A stretch of 53,534 nt of DNA from Promethearchaeati archaeon (lineage in GTDB: Archaea > Asgardarchaeota > Heimdallarchaeia > Heimdallarchaeales > Heimdallarchaeaceae). Below are positions 1 through 9,387 of the stretch, piece after piece. A model generated the notes under the pieces. That model saw only the letters and a program-made list of their open reading frames with translations, was not told where the DNA came from and searched no databases. Location of the stretch: assembly GCA_013166775.1 (NCBI GenBank), contig JABLTJ010000023.1:1-53534 (forward strand), given 5' to 3'. Both the position numbers and the translations under genes were made by a program. Within the stretch, counting starts at the first letter, position 1. Every line of letters starts with the position of its first letter.

Positions 1-668
1 ACAGGATTAGGTTGAATACCTCCAAAATTACCTGAATGAACATCAGAATCAGCAGATATCAGCTCAATTCTCATAGTTACAATTCCTCTAGCACCAAATT
101 CTAGTGTAGGTTTCCATGTAGGATCTGCAGGTCCATCAGAGACAACTACTAAATCCACATCTTCAAAGAATTCAGCTTTGCTTTTGAGTGCTTGATCAAG
201 ATAAGGTGAACCTATCTCCTCTTCTCCATCAAAAACAAACTTAACGTTTACTCCCAATTCCTCAGCTTCAAGAACACATTCAATTCCACATAGATTGGCA
301 AATAATTGTCCTTTGTTGTCCCCTACCCCTCTAGCATAGATTCTACCCTCTCTTATTTCTGGTTCAAAAGGGGGAGAAACCCACTTATCAAGGGGCTCTG
401 GAGGTTGAACATCATAATGACCATAAAACAATAAAGTAATGGTGTTTTTTTTCTGAATCTGAGCTTTCCATTCAGCTATAATAGCTGGATTTCCTTCTGT
501 TTCAATTAATTCAACAAAGTCTGCTGTTTTATTCAAACGATTGATGAGCCATTTAGCAGCTTTTCTAACTTCTTCTTTTTCCCTTGTGATACTTGGTATC
601 CTTATCAGATCGAATAGATCATCTATAATCTCTTTCTTTTTAGTCTCAAAAATATCTAAACCTTTCAA
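1..668 (-). CDS. M20/M25/M40 family metallo-dipeptidase, 3' end runs off the window
   Basis: Translated by hand, absent from the ORF track. TTG start after GAGGT. Motifs LFYGHYDVQPPEPLDKW-SPPF, IYARGVGDNKGQ and DGEEEIGSP. Confidence 0.9.
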   Translation of the reverse strand, partial: MKGLDIFETKKKEIIDDLFDLIRIPSITREKEEVRKAAKWLINRLNKTADFVELIETEGNPAIIAEWKAQIQKKNTITLLFYGHYDVQPPEPLDKWVSPPFEPEIREGRIYARGVGDNKGQLFANLCGIECVLEAEELGVNVKFVFDGEEEIGSPYLDQALKSKAEFFEDVDLVVVSDGPADPTWKPTLEFGARGIVTMRIELISADSDVHSGNFGGIQPNP

Positions 669-852
669 GAATAAACCTCTTCTTCCTTTAAAATTCGTTC
701 TTTTTTAATTTTCACCTTGTAGAAGAACAAATCTTTCCTTTTATATTATGATTTTCACCTAATTTCTTGATTATTATTCAGATAAGCTTTAAATAATTAC
801 ATAAATATTCTAGTTTTTGATACTATTAATAATAATATTAAAAGTGAATAAT

Positions 853-2469
853 ATGAGTAAATCAAAAAAATACTTAATTAATCTAGCTTTGCTTATTTCT
901 TCAATTTTCTTCATTTTAGCGATTCTAAACTCAACAATTGTTAGCACTGGTGAAATTCGATCAGAAGATAAACAAATTAATCCGAATTATACATCTCACG
1001 CTCCAATAGAAATAATTTCTGATGATAATTTTACAGATTATGGCTTTCCTGGAGAAGGAACAGATACCAATCCATATAGAATAGAGAATTTATATATTCA
1101 AGCTGAAGTTGCATACGGTATAAATATTAAATTCGTGAGAATGCACTTTGTAGTTCAAAACTGTTTAATAGAAGATGTTTCAACAGGGATCAATCTATAC
1201 GGTATTAGTTGGAATTCATGCCGCATTGAACACAATATAATGACACAGGTTAGTAAAGGAATTCATGTCTATTCAGTAACAAATGGTACTATTTTTCACA
1301 ATACAATTGAAGCTGAATATACTGGAGTTGACATAGAATCAGCAGGATACTTGGCAATAATTAATAATACTATCTCTGATACTATGTGGTCAGGAATCAA
1401 CATAGATGGTGATGCAGGCACTATTATTACAGGAAACAAATTCTATAATAGTGGAATAATGGTTAGTACTTCGTTAATGAGTTCTCTTGATACGTATACG
1501 ATAGAAAACAATTTAGTTAATGACAAACCGGTAGGGTACTTTAAGAATCAAGATGACCTAGATCTTACAACTTTAAACTATTATGGGCAGATAATTCTTT
1601 ATAATTGCCAAAGAGTTACAATCAGTAACCAAGACCTAAGATACAGTACAATAGGGGTTCTCGCGTATCAATGTAACAATATGGTGATTTATGATTGTGA
1701 TTTTGGATACAACTATGCAAGTATTTTAATGGATTCTTCAGACTACTTATATGTACATAATTGCGAATTTAAGCATAATCCTCAGTGGGAAGCATTGAGG
1801 TTAATATACTGTGATAATTGTCTGCTTTATGAAAATGACTTCGAAGATTGTTATGCTTTCTATATTTTCTATGCAGACAACATTACAATAAGAGGAAATT
1901 ATTTCTACGATGTTGGTAATGCAATGTACCTTTGTGGCCTCTCTTATATAACCGTTTATGAGAATTTGGTAATCGAAAGTAATTGTGGAGTACAAACATC
2001 TTTTGTCGATTTTGTTGAAATATATGACAACAAATTCTACCAAAACTACTACGGTGTAGAATTAACTGATTCCAATAATGCAACAATATATAGTAATCTG
2101 TTCCAAGAGAGTTCTGCTGTAGCAATAGAACTGGAGGATAGTACAGAAAATTGTACGATTTATCATAATACCTTTGTTGATAATGTTCTGATGGGGTTCT
2201 ATTCCTCTCAAGCATATGATAATGGGATAAATAATATTTGGTACAATAAAACGTTACAAGAGGGGAATTATTGGGATGATTGGACATCGGGTCCCTATGA
2301 TATTGATGGAGATGCTGGATACCAAGATCTCTACCCATTGAGTAGTCCTACGATTACTCCATTTATTCCAGAATATAATAACTCCTTTATGGCTAGTTTC
2401 ATAATAATACCAATTCTGGTTTTTATACCCTCTTTTATACAAAGAAGGAAAAAGCGAAAGCTTAGCTAA
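853..2469 (+). CDS. Secreted NosD-like right-handed parallel beta-helix surface protein with C-terminal membrane anchor
   Basis: Signal peptide (MSKSKKYLINLALL), many NNxI/GIxL beta-helix repeats, GNYWDD...DLYPL motif, IPEY + TM + RRKKRK tail. ATG 853 preferred over 817. Confidence 0.85.
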   Translation: MSKSKKYLINLALLISSIFFILAILNSTIVSTGEIRSEDKQINPNYTSHAPIEIISDDNFTDYGFPGEGTDTNPYRIENLYIQAEVAYGINIKFVRMHFVVQNCLIEDVSTGINLYGISWNSCRIEHNIMTQVSKGIHVYSVTNGTIFHNTIEAEYTGVDIESAGYLAIINNTISDTMWSGINIDGDAGTIITGNKFYNSGIMVSTSLMSSLDTYTIENNLVNDKPVGYFKNQDDLDLTTLNYYGQIILYNCQRVTISNQDLRYSTIGVLAYQCNNMVIYDCDFGYNYASILMDSSDYLYVHNCEFKHNPQWEALRLIYCDNCLLYENDFEDCYAFYIFYADNITIRGNYFYDVGNAMYLCGLSYITVYENLVIESNCGVQTSFVDFVEIYDNKFYQNYYGVELTDSNNATIYSNLFQESSAVAIELEDSTENCTIYHNTFVDNVLMGFYSSQAYDNGINNIWYNKTLQEGNYWDDWTSGPYDIDGDAGYQDLYPLSSPTITPFIPEYNNSFMASFIIIPILVFIPSFIQRRKKRKLS

Positions 2470-3151
2470 TTCTCTCTCTATCTTTTTTTTCTAAAATTAT
2501 CTTGATTACTTCAACACTGAATGGTTTTCCATGAGCTGGGTGAAGCTTTTTCACTCCTTCCTTAATTAATAATTCCCAACTTGAGAATACCGCATCCAGG
2601 TCTACTGCCATTGCAGGTGATTCTGGAGTTAATTTTTGAGGATAGCCGTGAGCTGTAAATCCTATGAATGCATTTCCATTTCCATCTATGACAGATATAG
2701 TTCCAGAGGTATGTCCTGGCGTATGAACTACTTTGGCATTAATCCCAAATTCTAAGAGCGAATATTCGTTATTTATAACTATATCTGGTTCAACTGGGTC
2801 ATATAAGTGCATCCTTTTTGGAATAATATTCTTAAAACATTTACCAACGAGTGTTATTGGTACAATTTCTGCTTGAATACCCCGAACAAGAGCATCCCTA
2901 TCCTTCTCATGGATCAAAACTTTCGCATTAGACGCGGTTTTTATTTTTTTCAATGCTCCTACATGATCAGAATGAGCATGCGTGACTACAATTAGTTTAA
3001 TATCTTCTTGATTGATTCTTCTTCTCTTTAATAAACGGAAATATCTTCTCGAAGTATATTTTAATCCTGCATCTATTTGAATAAAACCAAAATCAGTCTT
3101 TAGTAAGAAAACTCTAGTAAAACCTAAATTCAGCGTGATGATTTCATCCAT
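2462..3151 (-). CDS. MBL-fold metallo-hydrolase
   Basis: THAHSDHVG, HTPGHT and PAHG motifs. Confidence 0.9.
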   Translation of the reverse strand: MDEIITLNLGFTRVFLLKTDFGFIQIDAGLKYTSRRYFRLLKRRRINQEDIKLIVVTHAHSDHVGALKKIKTASNAKVLIHEKDRDALVRGIQAEIVPITLVGKCFKNIIPKRMHLYDPVEPDIVINNEYSLLEFGINAKVVHTPGHTSGTISVIDGNGNAFIGFTAHGYPQKLTPESPAMAVDLDAVFSSWELLIKEGVKKLHPAHGKPFSVEVIKIILEKKDRERIS

Positions 3152-3170
3152 AATTTAACATATGAACAAT

Positions 3171-3821
3171 CTAATCTTTTAGGATTTCCTTTAGATCTTT
3201 CTCATAATTTGATTTTTGCAAAAGAATCTTCAGAATAAGATAATCCTCTAGAGTATGCTGTAACTCCTCAAGGGGTAAATTACCTACAATTTCTGCAAGT
3301 TCATCAGGAAACTGTTTGAACAGTATTTCTGATTCTTCAAGCTCAAAAGAACGCAGTTTTTCTATTATCTTTTTCAGATTGTCAATAGTTGATTTATCTA
3401 CTTTGTGAGTCAAAGCAAATAGTTTTGTTAGGATTTCAACCCTCTTCTGCAATTTCTTAGGTTCCATCACTTTCTCTGTTTTGTTTGTAAGATAGAAGAA
3501 TTTGGCTGTTCTGGCAAAAAGCTTCTGTGTTACTGGTGGTTTATCTTCTTCAGTTCTATCAAGAATTCGAACCCCTGCTTGAATAACTATGTCAACATCA
3601 GACAAAGCTTTAAGGTGCCTATAAATTGTTTTTATGTCTTTAGCTTCATATTCATCTTTGGCTTTGAATTCTTCAGCAATTTCTTCAGCTGTTTTTATTC
3701 CTTCCCTAAGAATCAGAAGTATTGGTCTGTAAATGGGATTAGATAATAATTTAGTGGCTTCTTCATCGTCTACAAATTTAACTGACACTTGATTGAAATC
3801 GATTATGTCTCTAGAACTCAT
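3171..3821 (-). CDS. Winged-helix (ArsR-like) transcriptional regulator
   Basis: LLSNPIYRPILLIL...KTAEEIA...TIYRHLKAL...G pattern. A minus-strand TTTATATA near 3859-3866 favours ATG 3821. Confidence 0.75.
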   Translation of the reverse strand: MSSRDIIDFNQVSVKFVDDEEATKLLSNPIYRPILLILREGIKTAEEIAEEFKAKDEYEAKDIKTIYRHLKALSDVDIVIQAGVRILDRTEEDKPPVTQKLFARTAKFFYLTNKTEKVMEPKKLQKRVEILTKLFALTHKVDKSTIDNLKKIIEKLRSFELEESEILFKQFPDELAEIVGNLPLEELQHTLEDYLILKILLQKSNYEKDLKEILKD

Positions 3822-3910
3822 AAACTGTCTCTTCCAATTAGACATTGTGGGAACTGATTATATAAACTTTCTCATAATAAAGTAAATCATTCTCAACGAA
3901 CAGAGAAACC

Positions 3911-3955
3911 TTTATATATCTATGCTATCTACACGTACTTGAGAACCATTCTCAA
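3911..3955 (+). promoter_or_regulatory. TATA box plus palindromic operator for the small-ORF/MFS transcript
   Basis: GAGAAACC-TTTATATA with the TATA box at 3911-3918. Perfect inverted repeat TTGAGAA-cca-TTCTCAA at 3939-3955, at the expected start-site distance. Confidence 0.65.
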
Positions 3956-3983
3956 TCAAAAGTGAAAGCAAAGCGTGAGTAAA

Positions 3984-4085
3984 ATGATGACAATAAACAA
4001 AAAACAAGAAAATAACCAATTTGAAAGAAAAAAATCTAAGGTTGAATACTTAGAAAGGATTCTTCTTATCCGAGGAATACTCTAA
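3984..4085 (+). CDS. 33-aa small ORF upstream of MFS (MMTINKKQENNQFERKKSKVEYLERILLIRGIL)
   Basis: Translated by hand. Lies between the promoter/operator and the MFS start, 23 nt before it. Confidence 0.45.
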   Translation: MMTINKKQENNQFERKKSKVEYLERILLIRGIL

Positions 4086-4108
4086 TATTTTTTCAAAAGG
4101 TGTGAAAC

Positions 4109-5389
4109 ATGGAAGAACAGAATATACCAAAAGAATCGTCTTATAAAGATGTTTTCAAGAATAGAGAATTTGTCAAATTATTATCAGGACAGTTTTTTAG
4201 CAATTTTGGAGATGCTGTTTTTAGAATATCAATGGTTCTTTATGTTTATAGTATTACAGGTTCGGCAGCTAAAATGACTGTTGTTTTAGCTGTACAAACT
4301 TTACCTTGGATTCTAATAGGACCAATATCTGGTGTTTTCGCAGATAGGTTTAGCAGAAAAGCCATTATGGTTTCTGCGGATATGATCAGAGCAATTTCCA
4401 TAATTGCTATTCCCTTCCTAGGTTCAATTTATCCTTTACTAGTTATTGCATTCTTAGATGGTGTTGGTTCAGCATCTTTTGCTGCACCAAGATCTGCAGC
4501 CATCCCTGAAATTGTTGGCATGGATTCATATGTTAAAGCAATTAGTATTAGTCAGCTTATTTTTCAGATTTTTGCTGTTTTAGGACCATTAATAGCTGCT
4601 CCTCTCTATGCTTTCTTTGGAGCTCCCACTTTCTGGATAACAAGTGGATGTTATACAGTCTCTGCAATTATATTATTAATGACTAAGATTCCATCTGCTT
4701 CAAGCGAAAAGGAACCTCTATCAGTGAAAACAGTTTTTGGTGATATAAAGGAAGGACTAGGATATCTTTTCAAGAATCCAATAATAAAAATCTTGATCAT
4801 ATTATTTACCTTTGTTGTTATAGGTTCCTCCTTTGCTAGCCCCTTACTTTATCCTTGGATATTTGAAGTTCGGCATGGAGGAGCTCCTTTGTTAGAGCAG
4901 CTAGCACAAACAGAATTTGGAATCATAGGTGCAATAGTAGCTTTTGGAACTGTTGTAGGCAATTTACTCTTTGGAAAATTTGAGAAAAAAATAGGTAGAT
5001 CTAAAGCAATAATCTTTGGTGTACTCTCATTAGTAGTCTACTATGTGATATTCCAATTTAATCCATCAATCTATATTATTGGTGCTTTTGCTCTAATAAT
5101 GGGTACATTGAATGGAATGGGAAATTTGAGTATTAATGCATTCTTCGCAGAAGAAGTTCCAAATGAGATAAGAGGACGCGCTTATAGTGCAACTAATGCC
5201 TATATCACCATCTTTAGTGTAATATGTTTATCTCTCTCTGGAGTGACTTCAGAATATATTGGCTTAGCTAACACAATGTTGATGGCTAGTGTAATAGTCT
5301 TCGTTGGTATTTTACTTCTTGGGATTAAAACTAGAATGTTAGATTTTTCCAGATATCAACCAGAGGTATCACACTCAATCGGTGACTGA
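4109..5389 (+). CDS. MFS transporter (DHA3/MefA-like)
   Basis: FFSNFGDAVFRI, GVFADRFSRK motif A, about 12 hydrophobic helices, VPNEIRGRAYS. Confidence 0.9.
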   Translation: MEEQNIPKESSYKDVFKNREFVKLLSGQFFSNFGDAVFRISMVLYVYSITGSAAKMTVVLAVQTLPWILIGPISGVFADRFSRKAIMVSADMIRAISIIAIPFLGSIYPLLVIAFLDGVGSASFAAPRSAAIPEIVGMDSYVKAISISQLIFQIFAVLGPLIAAPLYAFFGAPTFWITSGCYTVSAIILLMTKIPSASSEKEPLSVKTVFGDIKEGLGYLFKNPIIKILIILFTFVVIGSSFASPLLYPWIFEVRHGGAPLLEQLAQTEFGIIGAIVAFGTVVGNLLFGKFEKKIGRSKAIIFGVLSLVVYYVIFQFNPSIYIIGAFALIMGTLNGMGNLSINAFFAEEVPNEIRGRAYSATNAYITIFSVICLSLSGVTSEYIGLANTMLMASVIVFVGILLLGIKTRMLDFSRYQPEVSHSIGD

Positions 5390-5408
5390 AAACATTCACT
5401 TGATCTGA

Positions 5409-5438
5409 GTGAGTTCTTCACAGAGCTCACACTTTTTT
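5409..5438 (+). terminator. Hairpin plus T-tract after the MFS gene
   Basis: GTGAGTTCT-tcac-AGAGCTCAC (9 bp, one G-U) followed by acTTTTTT. Confidence 0.55.
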
Positions 5439-5522
5439 ATCTTTACACCAATATGATTATAAGTTATAAAAAGTGACATTCAATTGAAGATTTAGGGTTA
5501 AAACTCAATCTGGCGTCACAAA

Positions 5523-7073
5523 ATGAGGAAAAGGAAAATAGTATTAGGTCTCCTTCTGATCATCTGATTCATTACATCTATTGTTATCACTAATAATTAT
5601 TTTAAGCAAAATGAAATCTGTTGTTCATTAAATGGTTTAGATACTTATGAATTCAATATAACAGAAAAAGATCCATCAACTTTAGGTTTGAAAGAATGGT
5701 TGGAAGACTTTAATCATCTATATGATTTTATTGAAGCGAATAATGCTTATCTTCCACTCAAAGAAAGGACACATGGTTATGATTGGTTGGAATTAAAACA
5801 GAATTACATTGAGAGAATTGAAAATGCAACATATAACGAAGATTTTCTTGTTATTTTGATGGATGCTATACAAGCTCTCCAGAATAGGCATTCATGCGTT
5901 ATGTTCCCTGAATCCATATCATACTATCACAGTTACTACAAGAATATGTATCCTTTCTGTAAAGTGTTCAGTGATGATGTTCTCAAAGCTTCTGAGTATT
6001 GGAAATCAATATTTGAATGCTGCTATGATGTGAAATATTGTTGCAAATTTGAAAGCTTAATTATTTATGAAAAAGGGGATTATGTAGTTCACCATCAAAC
6101 TGATTCAAGTGAAAAATTAATCGGAGGGAGATTGATAGTGAAAGCTGTAAATGGTATCCAGATTGATGATGCAATAAAAGGTTGTTTTGAGGTAGATTAT
6201 ATTGACTGGGATTTTCAAAGAAATAAAAGTTACGTCTGGATGATATCCCCTAGAACTTTCGGAAAGAATGCTTTGTTTACTTTAGAAGATTCTGAAGGTT
6301 CAGAGATAGATATGAGCTTTTGCTGTGAAAAAGATTACTCTATTCAACCATACAAATACCCTGAACTGCCATTAGATTTCAAAATCTGGCCTGAGAAGAA
6401 TACTTGCTATATGAATGTTCAAACTTTCGATTTGAGTATTGATGGATACAGTAAAGCTTTTCGTAATTTCTACAAGCAAATAGTGGATTATGAACACTTG
6501 ATTATTGATATACGTGGTAACACAGGCGGTTTTTATTCCACATGGATAAATAATATAGTCTTGCCTTTACTCTCTAAGGAAGAAAAACTGCAATTTTATC
6601 TAGTCTTTAAGACTGATGAATATATTAACTGTTTTCGTGAGTATTATGATTTTACTACTAATGTGCCAAAAAACACACTTGATTTTTTACCTCCCGAGGT
6701 GCATGAAGAAGATTATAACATCTATGATTATTCTTTTAGTTTTTACCCAATTTACAAAACCACTTTCAATGGTGAGATTATATTGCTGACAGATAATGTA
6801 GTATATTCTGCTGCTGAAGCATTTACTTCATTCTGTAAACAAACAGGTTTCGCTACAATTTATGGTACAACAAGTGGAGGTGATGGGATTACACCGTGGC
6901 CTCTTTACTATGTCCTTCCTAATAGCAAAATTGTTATTCAGCTTCCATCAGCAATGGGTCTGGATCATTTAGGAAACGCCAATGAAGAAGTTAGAACACA
7001 ACCTGATGTTTTCTTTGAAAGCGATTTTGGTGATTATAACGAATTAATAGAGTATGTACTTAGCATAATCTAA
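5523..7073 (+). CDS. S41 family peptidase with an in-frame TGA (5565-5567) in its signal peptide; possible pseudogene
   Basis: LIIDIRGNTGG, YSAAEAF, YGTTSGG and TQPD motifs. ATG 5523 is in frame with the track ORF (TTG 5688) and gives MRKRKIVLGLLLII*FITSIVIT. Confidence 0.8.
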
Positions 7074-7078
7074 AATCT

Positions 7079-7579
7079 CTAACTCCACTTGATTCTTTCA
7101 CATTTCCACTCTCTTAGGGTTTTAGCGAGCTCACCTAGATGAAATGAGTTGTGTCTTAATAGATAAACAAGTTTTTCGTAGATCGATTTAAACCAGTGAA
7201 AACCATCCTTCTTAAGTAAATCCTTATCACTCTTCTCTTTAAGGAAATTTATGACTCTTTCGTTAATATCTTCAAGATATTCAAACAGAAACTTTTTTGT
7301 TATTTCAGATTTTTTCTTACTAATTATTTTTTTAGAATCTTCATTCCAATCGAAACCAGCTCTTGATCCCCATTTCATACCTTCATGCGTGTCTCTTATG
7401 TAAAACTCTGCTGTCTCAATTATATGGTAGATAGTCCACGAATAAGACCATTCTCCAATACTTTCATGGAATTTTTCATCAGGGCATTTAATTAGAGCTT
7501 CTCGTAACATTATCCATTTTCCTTTGAATTGGCCAAGTAAAGCATCATTAAAAGTTGCTTCAATTCCTTCCTTTTTCAT
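7079..7579 (-). CDS. DinB/YfiT-like family protein
   Basis: Helical; YHIIE...LRHNSFHLGEL His pattern. Confidence 0.75.
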   Translation of the reverse strand: MKKEGIEATFNDALLGQFKGKWIMLREALIKCPDEKFHESIGEWSYSWTIYHIIETAEFYIRDTHEGMKWGSRAGFDWNEDSKKIISKKKSEITKKFLFEYLEDINERVINFLKEKSDKDLLKKDGFHWFKSIYEKLVYLLRHNSFHLGELAKTLREWKCERIKWS

Positions 7580-7690
7580 TCAGAATACCTAGTGTGTATA
7601 CAGATTTTTACTTTATTAATTTTTCAGTTTAAAGTTCTAATTTAAACAATTTCCAAAAACTATTAATTTCTTTCTTCTTATTCTGTTACT

Positions 7691-8167
7691 ATGATAGAAA
7701 TTCTACAAGATGTGTTCAAAAAAGGTTTAGAAGGATATGATTCTCATATTAATCCAGAAAAAGCATTATCAGAAGTTGATTCAGAATTATGTAAGAAAAA
7801 TCTAGATGGTTTCCCACACTCAATCTGTGATCTCTTACACCATATGATTACCTGGCAAGATGTGGTTGTTGATTCCATTAAAGGAAAGGATATTGATTGG
7901 GATGATATTTCGAAAAATAAGAACTGGCCTACTTTAGAATCAAAAGAAGATGCTTCAAATTTTGATAAATTAAAGAATAGATTCTTGGAAGGAATTCAGC
8001 AAGTATCCAATATAATTATAAATACTGATTTATCTAAATCAATTTCTTCATGGAGAAATATTCCTAATGTGCAAGCTCTAATGATAGTTGTTACTCATAA
8101 TTCATATCACTTGGGTCAGATAATGGTTTTGAAAAAGAATCTTTTAGAAAAAGGAGCTGATAATTAA
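7691..8167 (+). CDS. DinB family protein
   Basis: PHSICDLLHHM...W and THNSYHLGQI. Confidence 0.8.
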   Translation: MIEILQDVFKKGLEGYDSHINPEKALSEVDSELCKKNLDGFPHSICDLLHHMITWQDVVVDSIKGKDIDWDDISKNKNWPTLESKEDASNFDKLKNRFLEGIQQVSNIIINTDLSKSISSWRNIPNVQALMIVVTHNSYHLGQIMVLKKNLLEKGADN

Positions 8168-9030
8168 TGATTACTAAAATGAATTTTGGTCGCACTGGGC
8201 ATGCTAGTACAAGAATAATATTTGGAGGGTATGCCTTGAGCAATGCAACACAAGTGGAAGCTGATCGCATACTAGAAATGCTCTTAGAGAAGGGTATAAA
8301 TCATATAGACACAGCGCTTGGGTATGGGAATTCAGAAAAGTGTATCGGATCTTGGATGGAGACACATCGCGATGATTTCTTTCTCGCAACCAAGACACGA
8401 CAACGTTCATACAAAGGAGCTTTGGAAGATCTTAAGCGTTCCTTGACTCAATTGAAAGTTGACTATATTGACCTTTGGCAGATGCATGGTTTAACCAACC
8501 CAGTAGGTTGGGAAAAAGCAATGGGATCAGGAGGTGTATTAGAAGCTTTTATTGAAGCACGAGACAAAGGATTGGTTAGATTTTTAGGCGTAACAGGTCA
8601 CGGAAGCAAGGTGCCAGCGATGCACTTACGCAGTTTGGAAAGATTTGATTTTGATACAGTCCTATTGCCATATAACTATTTAACAATGCAAAATTCCCGT
8701 TATGCTGCTAATTTTAATGAATTGTATGAATTGTGCCGAGAAAACAATGTCGCAGTGCAAACCATCAAATCAGTTGCTCGAAGACCGTGGGAAGATCGAT
8801 CTAAAATCTATAATACCTACTTCTATGAACCTTTAGAAACTCAAGATGCTATTGATAAATCAGTACATTGGTCTATGGGTCTCCAAAATAATTTTGTTAT
8901 CACTGTTGGTGATATGCAGATTCTACCCAAGACATTGGATGCAGCAAATAGATTCAAGAAGAAACCATCTGATATAGAAATGAATGATTTAATTAACGAG
9001 TATGATGTACAGAAAATTTTCTCCTATTAG
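8167..9030 (+). CDS. Aldo/keto reductase
   Basis: FGRTG, GINHIDTALGYG, FLATK, SLTQLKVDYIDLWQMH, GLVRFLGVTGH. Coupled to the upstream gene by TAATG overlap. Confidence 0.9.
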   Translation: MITKMNFGRTGHASTRIIFGGYALSNATQVEADRILEMLLEKGINHIDTALGYGNSEKCIGSWMETHRDDFFLATKTRQRSYKGALEDLKRSLTQLKVDYIDLWQMHGLTNPVGWEKAMGSGGVLEAFIEARDKGLVRFLGVTGHGSKVPAMHLRSLERFDFDTVLLPYNYLTMQNSRYAANFNELYELCRENNVAVQTIKSVARRPWEDRSKIYNTYFYEPLETQDAIDKSVHWSMGLQNNFVITVGDMQILPKTLDAANRFKKKPSDIEMNDLINEYDVQKIFSY

Positions 9031-9120
9031 ATAGAAAGAAAAAATAGTGTTTGTAACAGAAGTTTCTCTGTTCAGATTTATTCAAATTTCACTAAATTTC
9101 TAGCTTTCTCAGAAAATCTC

Positions 9121-9282
9121 AACTATAAAAGATGTGATAGAGAATGCCCTATGAGTCTTCCTGTTGAACAACATGTGATAAGAGATAATATGGAACATAG
9201 AGAATGTATTTTATGTTGTACTTGTATTGATGTCTGTCCAAAGAATGCCATTACTTTCTCATTTAGCTCATATAAAGGATGA
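9121..9282 (+). pseudogene. 4Fe-4S dicluster ferredoxin-like fragment
   Basis: Translated by hand: NYKRCDRECPMSLPVEQHVIRDNMEHRECILCCTCIDVCPKNAITFSF. The second CxxCxxCxxxCP is intact and the first is degenerate. No start codon ahead of the domain. Confidence 0.75.
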
Positions 9283-9387
9283 TTATTTTTTTTCTAAATC
9301 ATCCAAAATCTCTTTTCTCAACATATCTGCGGAATATTTATAATTATCAGTTATTAGAACTCATAGTTAAAAAACAAGGTTTAGAAA

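Noticed and set aside
5409-5430. Hairpin as a SECIS for the downstream TGA
   Set aside because: It lacks recognisable SECIS motifs, and its position and T-tract fit a terminator for the MFS gene.
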